Under the pieces are notes generated by a model. The model ran no database searches. It was not told the DNA's origin and was given only the letters and a program-made list of their open reading frames with translations. A program made the translations under genes and the position numbers. Positions 49,008 through 64,000 of a DNA stretch of 64,000 nucleotides are shown piece after piece; within the stretch, counting starts at the first letter, position 1; the number at the start of each line of letters is the position of its first letter. The stretch comes from Chlorokybus atmophyticus. Its lineage: Eukaryota; Plantae; Mesostigma and Chlorokybus algae. Location: positions 496,001-560,000 of the forward strand of contig RHPI01002402.1 in assembly GCA_009103225.1 (NCBI GenBank), read 5' to 3'.

Positions 49008-50224
49008 TCACGTATGATGTGGCACAGGCTGCAGTTGGCACGGCCGCGCGTGCCGGCCGGTCACTGCATCGCGAGGGGACGGCAGCTGCTGCTGCTGGTC
49101 GTTGATAGACATAGACCCGCCGCCCTCGCACGCCACGCGCTGCACCTTCAATGGCGAGTACTCCAGCCGATGCAGCTCTTCGCCCAACCGCAGCGACAGC
49201 TGAGACAGGTTGTTCTGCCGCACAACCAACACATACGTAAGCAAACAAACGAGGAGGAAGTGATGCGCGCGCGCACATGCGCATCTGTCTATCTGGGTCT
49301 GCATGTATGTGTGTGTGCACGTTGTTGGGTTGTTGCTGACCAGTCTATTGCGGATCTGGCGTAGCATGCTGGTGGAGGTTCGCAGCTCCATCTGAAGGAA
49401 CTTTGCTCGCGACTCTGGATCAATAGGCTCCTGCTGCACCAGCCGCTGATGCCTATCCGTTACTGCCCGCGGCTGCCACACACTGGACACCGCGTGCACA
49501 CTCCTGCACGAACACGCCATCTCAGCACTTCGACACAACATTGAACTAACTAACTAACTTCTCCCCTCACCGCAGATGCTCGACGCGGCGCAGCTCGGAT
49601 TTGAGGTTCGACTGCAGTTTCAGCTCGGTCTCGAGGCGGGACTTTAGATCCCGAGTGTCTCGCCATACGGCCATCAGCCTGCTCTGAACCCGCAACACTT
49701 CGCGCCGATGCCGCATCTGATGCTCACGCAAGTTTCTCCTGTACCTGCACTTATAAGTCGCACAATCAATAAAACAGTGCTGCAGTCACACTGATACATA
49801 CAGTGGCAACTTGATGCTAGTGCTTGCGTGCGCATACATACACACGCAAGTACAGCAAGCATGGCGTGTGTGCGCGCGTGCGTGCGGGTCGCTTTGCGCT
49901 AGATCAATGTGCTGACGTTCACAAAGACAAGGAATTGCACTCGTGGTGTTTTTGCGTATGCGCACACAGTCAATTCTCTTCAGTCCCACACCACCACCCC
50001 GTCTCCACTCACTTGATAATGCACTGTTCCCTGTAGCTCCCTCTCCTCCCGCTGGAATTCAACTGCCCCCCTCCCTCCCGCGTCCACAGCGTCCGCCACA
50101 CGCCGTCCTGGCCCGCGAGCTGACAGAACCGCCGGCACGCGATCGAGAAGGCGCACAGGTCGCGGGCGTCGAGGTCGAAGGAGAGGATGCGGAGCCAGAG
50201 CTCGTCGGGGAGGAGGTGGTCCAT
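49008..50224 (-). CDS. SKIP24: F-box protein, SKIP24-like
   Basis: F-box LPDELWLRIL...DLCAFSIACRRFCQLA..D.VW, then HRREVLR, SVWQP.AV..RHQRLVQQ, ESRAKFLQMEL and LEYSPL. This parallels the Arabidopsis SKIP24 architecture as I recall it. Confidence 0.8.
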
Positions 50225-51048
50225 GGGTGTGTATTTGAGATAGGAGGTATTGTCTGCTGAGACGTGGCTGATTGAGTGGTAGTTCACAAACAGCTCGCAA
50301 TGTTGATTGCTAGAGGTAGATGGCATGAATTTATTACGACTGCATGGAGTGCTGTAAAGCAAGACCTGCTACCTGCAACCAGTCATGATGACCAGGCGGC
50401 GACAGAGTGTTACAGTGTCAACAGGCATGGCGAGACGTGCTGTGTATATATAACTACACTGTCTCAAACATAGCCTATGACCTGCAGATGCATTCTGCTT
50501 ATTCATTCTATGGTAGTCAGGACCAGAATCCCGGCATGACCCTATGACAGGCAACGTAGAGCTGATGCTTAGCAACATACTGCTGCAGAGTGCCTCCTCA
50601 ACCACGGAGGACAGAAAACAAACTATTGATTGGTTCTGGTGATGGCAAGTGATTAAAGGGCCTCGCAAGTGATCAAAGGGCCAAGTTTGTAGCAGCCACC
50701 CAGAAACCGAGCGAGAGACAGCTCTATGCTTCTCCCACTCCCACGCCCACCTTCAAGTGACTGTGCTGAGGCCGCCGCCGCCGCCCGCAACACCCCCGAC
50801 GGCAGCAGCCCACACAATAAGAAGCGAAGGTAGGAACACTGCTTGACGAGAAGCAGGCAGCTGATGAGATGGCTGGGTAGCTCCTCGCCTCGCCTCGCGT
50901 CCACACCTCAGCCCCAGAAGACAACAACCTCGCCGCCACCGCCGACCACGCCGCCGGCCTTGTGCGCGCGCGTGTGTGTGTGTTGCGTTTTGTTTGTTTC
51001 CTGCTGCGTATCAGGCTGACGTGACCTACTACTGTATGGTTCACATTA

Positions 51049-53703
51049 TTGGTGAACAAATGGTTTCACTCCGACGGGGAACCCGGTGAGTCACTCACAT
51101 CAGTGATGGATGCATTTCACTGCTTGTTTCAGTCAATCCATCCAGTGAAACACTGGTTCAATGTCAACAGTGTCTCCAGTGAACCAAGTAGGCAATCAAA
51201 GAAAAAGTCTCTGCCAACGTGGCTGGTCGGTGAGAGAGCTTTCCACGTCACCGTCCAGCATGGCGGCGGCGCTGACGGCGTCGGTGCCGTCCACATGCAC
51301 GACAACCTTCTCGATGAGCTCTGCAACTGGCCTTGCTGCAGGACTTGGGAGGAGCAGGCTGTCGCCATCACTGAACACCAGCGTACGCAGCGGCGCTGGA
51401 AGACAGGCAGCTTTCACACCCGTCAGGTGCTTTCAGGTAAAATTCCATGTGGGGTATGGTTTGCCAGCATTGGCTCGTGAATGCATGCTTGTTGGTTGCC
51501 ATAAGCGTTAGGGTACGAGCTCGAAGGGGCGAAAGTCTTGAGGCTGACACTGCATGGTAGCATGCAGCTTCTGGCTTCTCAGCTTGCGTTGGCCTATGTG
51601 TAGAACCGTAGTTCAGAGTTGCAAACCTTCAGCAACCTCAGGCATGCATTCAAACGGTTTGTGGAGCAATTTGGCATGGCTTAGCGGTGCCTCAGCCTTT
51701 CAATCTTGGGTGTCGCACAGCTCAGCTTAGCTCAGCACAGCTCAGCACAGATAGGCACGTAGCACCGAACCAGACAGGACAGTGGTCACATTCGGCAATG
51801 CTGGGTTTTTTGCTCAATGCTTGTGTACCATCACCAGACCAACGCACTACCGACACTGACGATGATGTTACTGACGCTGATGTTGGTCATGGTCCTCAGC
51901 AGCAGGGTGCCAGAGACAGCGGCGACAGCGACAGCGACACAAATGAGCTTAAGGACGGCGAGTTCGATTCGGAGTCGCACGCGGCGTTCCGCTCGCCGGC
52001 TTTCCGGGGCAGAGGGGGCAGGGCTGAGGCGGACTCCGCTGCGTGGCGGGGGAGGAGGAATGCTGCTGATCCTCGGAGGGATGAGAACAGGGGGAATGTG
52101 TTCAACTTCAATGACGGCAATGCCAAGCTGCTGCGCGCGCTGGCTGTGCAGGGATGGAGGAGCGTCGCACCACTTGCGCAGGAGTTGATTGAGCCCTGGC
52201 TTCAACTCCCTCCACCAGCCTTGACAGGTGTAAGGTTGATGACCGTGGATACCCACACGAGTACAATGTGACTCGTACACGTGGGAGCATGCAGGCACAC
52301 ATGTGTAACCCTCTTTGTTGGGTGCAGACACTGTGAGGCCGGAGTTGTTGGGGGATGTTGACAGCCGGTGGGTTGACGTGTTGGGCTCGCGTGTTCACTA
52401 CAAGGAGACGGGGAGGGGTGCGGACCCGGACAAGCCCGCTCTCATCTTGTTGCATGGCTTCAGCGCTAGGTAGGGCGTCCGTGCCATGTCTCTTACATGG
52501 CAAGCATTTTGCGGCTATGACAATCACTTATATAGTACCACGTCGATTCCAATGCAGCACCTTCTCCTTTCGCTCTGTCATGGAGCCTCTCAGCCGCCTG
52601 CATGGCGGCACGCGCGTTATAGCTTTCGACCGACCACCATTTGGCCTTTCCAGCAGGTTTGACTTGCTGCATCTCCTTGTTATTATTATGTGTACACGAT
52701 CATAAACACTTATACTCTGACTTCTGTTAAAGCAGAGGTTGGGACTGGCCGACAGACAGTTTGACACCGAGCCCGCTCACCCAAGAGGGCGCTGCGCAGC
52801 TGACCATTGCTCTTCTCGGTGCCCTAAAAGTGAAACGGGCAGTGCTGCTCGGGTGCGTACTTGTGGATTGCACTATCACTCGTGCTATTTACAGCAGCTT
52901 GTACTGGCGACACAACTACTGATTGCGCAAACCAACATGTTGCGCGCATGGGCAGACACTCAGCTGGTGCGCAAGTGGCCGTGGATGCCGCCGCCATAGC
53001 ACCAAGCCGCATTTCGGGTTTGATTCTGGTTGCGCCAGCCGTGGCGATCGACGAGGGCAGCTTCAAGCTTCCGCCCGCGCCTCTCACCACGCAGCTGCGG
53101 CGGCTTTACCAGCGCGCGTTGCTTAGCCTGCCTGGCATAGGCCTCAACGCCGTCCGTGGACAGGTGTGTGTCTGAGTGTCTTTGTTTGTGAATGCCTAGT
53201 TCATACTCGTGTATTGCGGCTTCTTCATCACTCCTGTCAACGCAGCTGAGGCGAAGGCGGTCTGCGTTGGAGAGTGGAGGCCATGAAGAGTTTGGGTATA
53301 ACAGCACCACCGGTGCTGTTGAGGCGGAGGTTGTAGAAGGGTACACGCGCCCCATGCGCGCGCACGACTGGGACAGAGGCTCCCTGGCGTTGTTCCAGCA
53401 GTTCCTAACTCGCCCGCCACAGCCTCCGGACTTTGACTCAATCACAGCACCCGGTGAGTACATGCCATTGAGACATTGCAACAGCAGAAAAGACACACTC
53501 ACTCTCATGTGTGCCATTTCCCAGCGTTAGTGCTGCAAGGTGAGCAGGACCGCGCGGTGCCCGTTGCGTGGGCCAAGAAGCTATCGGGAGCGCTCAAAAG
53601 CTCTGTTGTGTACAAAGAGTTGCCGTCCTGCGGCCATTGCCCTGCAGAAGAGCAGACTGAGGAGACGGTCAAGGCGATCGATGAGTTCCTTGCCGCGTTG
53701 TAA
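51049..53703 (+). CDS. Alpha/beta-hydrolase with long N-terminal extension; 5' end uncertain
   Basis: RVHYKE...LILLHGFSASTFSFR, VIAFDRPPFGLS, nucleophile GHSAGA, LVLQGEQDRAVP and CGHCPAEE (Ser-Asp-His triad). Confidence 0.85.
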
Positions 53704-54433
53704 ACACATGTACACTGTGACGTTGTAACATTAGTTTGTTGAATCTGTTAAATGCTCCATGTAAGCTTGGTATTCCTGGGCTGGAACTCTGTAACTCTAC
53801 TTATTGTCGCAGCCATGATGCGACGTTTGTGACGGTCAGTGACCTACTACTCTGCTGCGTGGACTATGTGAGGGCCTGCTGGCAGGTCACAGCACCTGTG
53901 CCTGAAGTGGTTTCCCTGCAGGTGTAACACCTGTCCACTGTGTACACATATCTCCAAAATTATTATTCTAGTTATTCTAGTTATAATAAATGCCTTGCAC
54001 ACATGTGTATGCAACCTATGTACATATGATTTGCACCCATCACCATGCTGGTATTTGTTGGTTGACGAATAACAGTAACAGCAAGTAACGTCTGGCAGCA
54101 GTGCCAGCCATCACATAGTTTTTGTAAGTACTGAAGGTTACCGACATGCAAGCTGCTTGCGACCTAAACTTCAAGCCAGCCCTGCTGCTTAAGCCAGAGC
54201 TGCCTGACATGTAGTAGTCGCGCACCACATGATATACAGTATCAAACCCACTCCCACAACACCATTTTTGCGCACCTTGGTCGCAGCAAACATTGACATG
54301 GCTTTTTTAGAACATGCAACACAAACACATTTGAGGCTCCACTGTTCACCAGTGCATAGCGACAAATGTGCAAGGACAGTGGATCACCTGCTAACAACAC
54401 TCGCGGGAGAATACATGCAACCAGGTGCATAAG

Positions 54434-55400
<967 letters not shown>

Positions 55401-56318
55401 CGGCCCGGCCTACTTGTACAACGCGCGTGCGGCGGCATCAGCAGTGTGCGTTACCAAGCTGATCTGCGCCTTGTTGCATGCACTCTGTAAGGGAAGCTGT
55501 GGCAGATGCCGCCGAACAATTCCCTCTGATAAACGCTCAGCACGACGCTAGCGATCGTTTTTCAAGTCAGCCGTGGTGAACGCCCCATCCCAAGTGGACT
55601 GTGCTCCTGGACAGCAATGCTGCCTCAGCTGCATGGCATAAGATGTTTGCGTGTGCCATGCCAGCGCCGCTTGGAGCAACACACAAGCAATTCTCGGCTC
55701 TGGCCACGCTGCCCACCCCCTAACTGAAAGAACAACCTCTGCGGGTGGGCGGCATCCTACTCTTCTCACTCCAAACAATGGACAAGTAGCACAAGCAACA
55801 GACAAGTGGCATCCTACTAAAAAGTACGCATAGTGAACACCAACGCCGACAACGACCGTGGTATCACAACCAAGCACAGCTACCTACACTAGCGTAACAC
55901 AAGACACGCCTAGTCTTTGGCGAAACGAGAAAAACCACAACATTGCAGCGGCTCAAAGCAAAGTAACATGCGCGTAGTGCAAGCCAAGAAAAGAATGGTA
56001 GCAGATGTCCATACAGCATACAATCTGCACCTGAACTGCTGGCGAGAGCGTGCTGTGCTGCGCTGTGCTGTGCGCGTGCGTGGACGCCGCTTCGTCAACT
56101 TACCGACCAGCACGTGCAATGCCAATGTGCCTCCAGCGGTAACGTCCGGCATCCAACAACAAACACCACTCCTGCCTGCCTTCACAGTAGCCTTGCACTC
56201 TCAAAGCAGCTCTGCCGGAAAGCGCACGCTGCGGCGCATATAGCGTCTCCGCAGCCGGGCATCCCGAAACAGGGTTTTCGCATGCTGGATGCAACTTGAC
56301 GTTGTAGCTGTCGTCATC

Positions 56319-59300
56319 ATGGAGCGGCGGGGCGGGCGGAAGGGTCATGGAGGCAAGCCTCCCGCTACTCCTTCCCTGGCTGCGTATGAGGAGGAGCTTG
56401 CGGTGGTGGGCTGGTCATGCCAGTTGTTCCATGATGACGATGCCGCGGAGTTTGTGCAGCAAGGTCGGGGGCTCGTCCCATGGATGGGCAGCGACACGCT
56501 CCTGGTGGACCGCTATGACGTGCGGCACCTCCTCAGCGAGCTGCCAGTCAAGCGCAAACGGCATGCTGCAGCGGATGCGGCAGAGGCGGAATTGGATGCG
56601 GAGAGGTATGGAGACCTGTGGGCGGCCAAGCAGGAGGAGCAGCGGCAGCAGGTGCAGGAAGAAGAGCAGGACGCTTTCCAACAGTATTACGCTGAGCAAG
56701 AAGGTACGGTGCCTGCAGGTAGTCCACCTGCGTTGTCAGGGACACATTTGCAACCCCACATTGCATGCTGTTGGTGTCGATCTAGTAGTTGCAACTCAGT
56801 TAGGGTGGTTGCATTGATCTCGTTGTACGATGACTCTGGTATGTTGAACGTATTGCTAATAGGCCAATGCAAAGCTGCCACAGCAGGCATGTGGCACGGA
56901 GTGACCTCGCTGAGCAACTTGGTGTGGTGAGCTCCCAGGAAGGCTTGTCGAGCAACACGATGCTGTCGACGCTAGCTGCCGTCATGTTGCAATACGGCAT
57001 CGATGCTCAATGCATCACGCAACCTGCTATGCCAGCTGACAGCTGGCATATTTGCGCACTTTATGTATGCATTAGGTGCTCAGACTTTGCTCTGCAATTC
57101 AGCAGCGCAGGAAAGTGCTGCAGACGTAAGGACGGCGTCTGGCTACCAGAACGTGCCATACTCGTACAATGATGAACAGATTGAACAGGAAGCCCCAGCT
57201 GCACCCGCACCAGGCCGCCCAGCATCTGCCGAGCCTTACGTGCCACCCTTTGAGCTTCCTGAACATCTGCAAGGGCTGGGTGTAAGGGTAAGCGCACAGT
57301 TTGCTGCTCACTGTGCGTGTGCGACCTTAACAGCTCATTGCTGTACACGCAAGTACTTCATCAGGCATGCAACAGCATGCCTGATGAAGTACTTGCGTGT
57401 GCAGCAAGTGCTTCATATCTTTTTAGAACCATGCCTGACGTGGCTGCTAACTCCTCGGGGTGTCTGCTTGGCAGCCCGCAACTATGAAGCACCACAAGGT
57501 GATTGTAGGCACAGCAGACTTTGTCAGGAGCCACCCGCCCTCGCGGGCTGGGCAAGTTGAAGTGCTGCTGCGGGTCAAACAAGGCAGCAATCCCATGTTT
57601 GCGTTCTTGACTCCAGGAGACCCGTTGCATCCATACTACCAATACATACTGAAGCACAACCCTCAGCCACCAAAGCCTCAACCTCCTGCCGTATCGAGCC
57701 TGGCGTTGGTCAGCATGGCCTACAATGAAGAGGAACCTGACGATGAGCAATGCGCGCGTGAAGCAGAGGTGGGCAGGCTATACTTCCCCATATGGCAGTG
57801 GCATTGCGCTGATCTCTTTAAATTAGGCTCATGTGGTGGCACATTGTGGTGTGTACAGACGGGGCCACTCCCGAGATCACATGCGCAAGTTACCATACAG
57901 GCCAAGGTCATACAGCATTTTGTATTCATGAACAAGCGCCGATCATCATGTACACTTGATTGTCATGGTGTTGTTGTCCAATTGGAAGTTCAAAGTGAGC
58001 ATCACACAGATGGCTGTTCCAGCTGCTCATGATGAGGAACCCGCGCCTCCTGGTGTTACTCCTGTCGTTCCCGGTAGTGCGCACCCCTCAGCTCCACCAC
58101 CAGATATCAAGCAAGTGATAGACAAAATGGTGGAGTACGTGCGCAAGAATGGACTTGAGTTTGAGATTTCCATCAAAGTACGTGAGAAGATGAACCCGAA
58201 ATTTGCGTTCCTGCTTCCATGGAACCAGTGGAACCCCTACTATGTTCAGCAAATGGGCAACTCACAGGCGAGTATCCTCAGCTCCACTTGTTCTCTAACC
58301 ACCTGCCTGCTAGCAAACGTTGTACTGCAGCTTGCATATAGACAACCATGTCAATCATCTAGCAAGGCATGGCTAACTTGTGGTCATGCAGGTCGCTGTT
58401 GCTGCCAAGTCAGTTGGTGTTAGTGGTGGCGACTCCCAGCCATACATGGCATCAACACAACGACCTGTTACACTGGCACAACACCCCAAACCTCCAGGAC
58501 AGTTCAGTGCTGTTACAAGAACACCAACAATAGAAGTGACACCCAGTGAGCAAGCGCGTTCCACCCGTGCTGACGACACTGGCAATGCGCGAGAACCAGC
58601 AGTGCCACCTGCTCAGACAGACAGCTGTGTTGCTCGTGCTGCCGCCGCAGCTGCAGCAATCTCGCAAAAGATCAAGCAGGAAGAGCGGGTGAGGCGTGTG
58701 AGGGCACTACTTTCCAGAGCTGCTGGAAGCGAGAACATTACGTCCCCAACAGGACTCGAGGCCGCAGAGCGCTTGGTGAGTGATGTCAGCATATCGCATT
58801 CAAGTGACAAGGACGCAGATGAGCCCTTGGTCTCTGCCGAGGGCAGTCAACGCATTGCAGCCTCCACAGCTCAGGCATCACCTGTGCTAGAAGAGGCTAA
58901 GGAGCCCAAGGAGGCTGCCGTTATAGAGAAGCGAGAGCGAAGACATCACCGCCACAGGCACAGAAGCCGCTCACCAGACCGCAGCCCAGAACATCATAGC
59001 TCCAAGAAAACAAGACACAGAGGATCAGGTAGCTCTGGTGACCCTGATGGAGATGAGCGCAGAAGGGAGCGGCACAGATCACATCAACATGGCGACAGAC
59101 ATGAGCGCCGTCATATTTCGGGCAAGCGGCATAGGAAGCATGGCCACGTGCGGCACAGTACTCGTTAAATTGATGGTGCGGATCAACCGAAGTCACCAGT
59201 GGGCAAAAGCCGTGAGACCGTTGCACCAAACCCGAAGTCAGCTCCAGCTGAGGGTTCTACCAAGCTCGCAGGTGACAGTCCACCCTTGGCAGCAGAGTCT

Positions 59301-59384
59301 GGAGGGGTCCAGCAAGCACCTCCGCCGACGGATATCCCAGATGATGTCAGGGCAAAAGTGCGGGCGATGCTTTCATCTTTGTGA
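56319..59384 (+). CDS. SFSWAP: Splicing factor suppressor-of-white-apricot homolog (DRY_EERY + two SURP domains + RS/H-rich tail)
   Basis: [10 protein letters not shown] and [12 protein letters not shown]1 (TADFVR...NPMFAFL.P..PLHPYY), SURP2 ([23 protein letters not shown]...NPKFAFLLP) and an RHRHRSRSP tail. Confidence 0.9.
57338..57407. repeat. 33-bp inverted repeat with 4-nt loop inside an SFSWAP intron
   Basis: 57338-57370 pairs with 57375-57407, all Watson-Crick except one T-G. The host intron is 57288-57474. Confidence 0.95.
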
Positions 59385-59815
59385 CGTGCAAGTGAAGCTA
59401 GCTAGTGTACAGAATATGCACGTGATGTATGTACTACATGCTTGTGCGGACGTTAGGTAGTACCTGACATTGGAGCGGCTGTTATAAGTAACCATTTACT
59501 TGGGCTCCCTTCTAAGGACTGTCATAGACACATCTCATACATACATCCTTACGCTCGTTTCAAAGTGAAGTGCCTTGTACATGAATTGTAGGCTTGCAAG
59601 GTCCTTGTTAAACTAATATCGGAGGGTACCATGGTCAAACTGTGACCTCCAGGATTAGGGCCAATATAAATGCACCAAACCTCCAAAACTTGTTGGCATT
59701 ACTTTGGTGGGCACTTCACCACATCAACTGTGGCTTCTTCAACAACAAGAAAGATATCCACGGACAATTGTTATATACCACGTTGCAGGCTTTGTGCACT
59801 TGGGTAAGGGTATCG

Positions 59816-60098
59816 GAGTTTGGTTAGGCAACCTATGTAGCAATGTCAACCGAACCAAGGTATTTTGCTCTACTTTGCGCAGTGGTGTCAATGTTTCAGA
59901 TGCCAAGGGACCATTGTGCTATCAAACAACTTCGGCAAGCTAGCCTGGCATCCAATGGTGACTGAGTTTGGTTAGGCAACCTATGTAGCAATGTCAACCG
60001 AACTAAGGTATTTTGCTCTACTTTGCGCAATGGTGTCAATGTTTCAGATGCCGAGTGACCACTGTGCTAACAACTTCAGCAAGCTAGCCTGGCATCCA
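59816..60098. repeat. Tandem duplication, 148-bp period, two copies
   Basis: GAGTTTGGTTAGGCAACCTATGTAGCAATGTCAACCGAA...GCAAGCTAGCCTGGCATCCA occurs at 59816-59954 and 59964-60098 with a few substitutions and a small indel. Confidence 0.95.
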
Positions 60099-60549
60099 GT
60101 GAACCATCACCTGTGCTGTTAACCATTTTGTACCAGTACCCACGCATGACTACCTACGCGTCCTGCTGTCGTCGCTGTGCTTGTCAACTCCGCCCTACCG
60201 CTGCTGCTTGCACTTGGCTGCATTAGGCTTCTAGCCAGCCCACTGATGTATAGTTATGTGTCTCATTGCTTGCTTGCTGGCTTGGTTTGGGTGTGCATAT
60301 GCATCCGCATGATGGCGCATGAGTGGCACAGCTGAGTAGATAAATGTATTCCCGACTCTCGATTGATATGCATGCTTGTCGAGCAGCTCATGAAATTGGC
60401 CAATTGGTGGCACATGCAAGGCACAACGCCTTTTGTGTTGTCTGTATTGATTTATTGATAGTTTTGCTTTTCTAGCTGCACAGCTGCATTCTATCAATAA
60501 AGTGCCCTGCACAGGGAGGCAAAGCTAGCTGTCGCTGCCCATACCGGTA

Positions 60550-64000
<3,451 letters not shown>

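Overview
Intron-dense eukaryotic nuclear DNA, roughly 52% GC by eye, with one N-gap at 35334-35546. The gene set (plant-type H3.3 with T31/Y41/H87/L90, NCL Na+/Ca2+ exchanger, SKIP24-like F-box, type-I glutaminyl cyclase) points to a green-lineage alga, possibly an early streptophyte; that placement is inference. I could assemble or recognise about 15 spliced genes by hand: RecQ4-type helicase, mitoribosomal mL59, Kelch-BTB, RTN4IP1-like reductase, NCL, IBA57, H3.3, PqaA/AprA-family, NTF2-like, GNAT, QCT, SKIP24-like, alpha/beta hydrolase, RING-H2, SFSWAP and TBCD (runs off the end). The genes use the standard code, ending in TAA, TAG or TGA. The less ordinary material lies between and inside genes. 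First, a disabled Myb/SANT (trihelix) gene built from tandemly duplicated Gln/His-rich exons, next to a PIF/Harbinger-like end with subterminal repeats, a 48-bp minisatellite and palindromes (19-21.5 kb). Second, a 33-bp near-perfect hairpin inside an SFSWAP intron. Third, an IBA57 intron bounded by a 12-bp direct repeat. Fourth, a 31-bp motif shared by two gene 3' flanks. Fifth, a sharply bounded AT-rich probable retroelement relic. Sixth, two multi-kb exon/intron-like blocks whose frames are broken by C>T-type stops. No CRISPR, tRNA or rRNA genes were found. All exon coordinates come from manual reading and no database searches were run.
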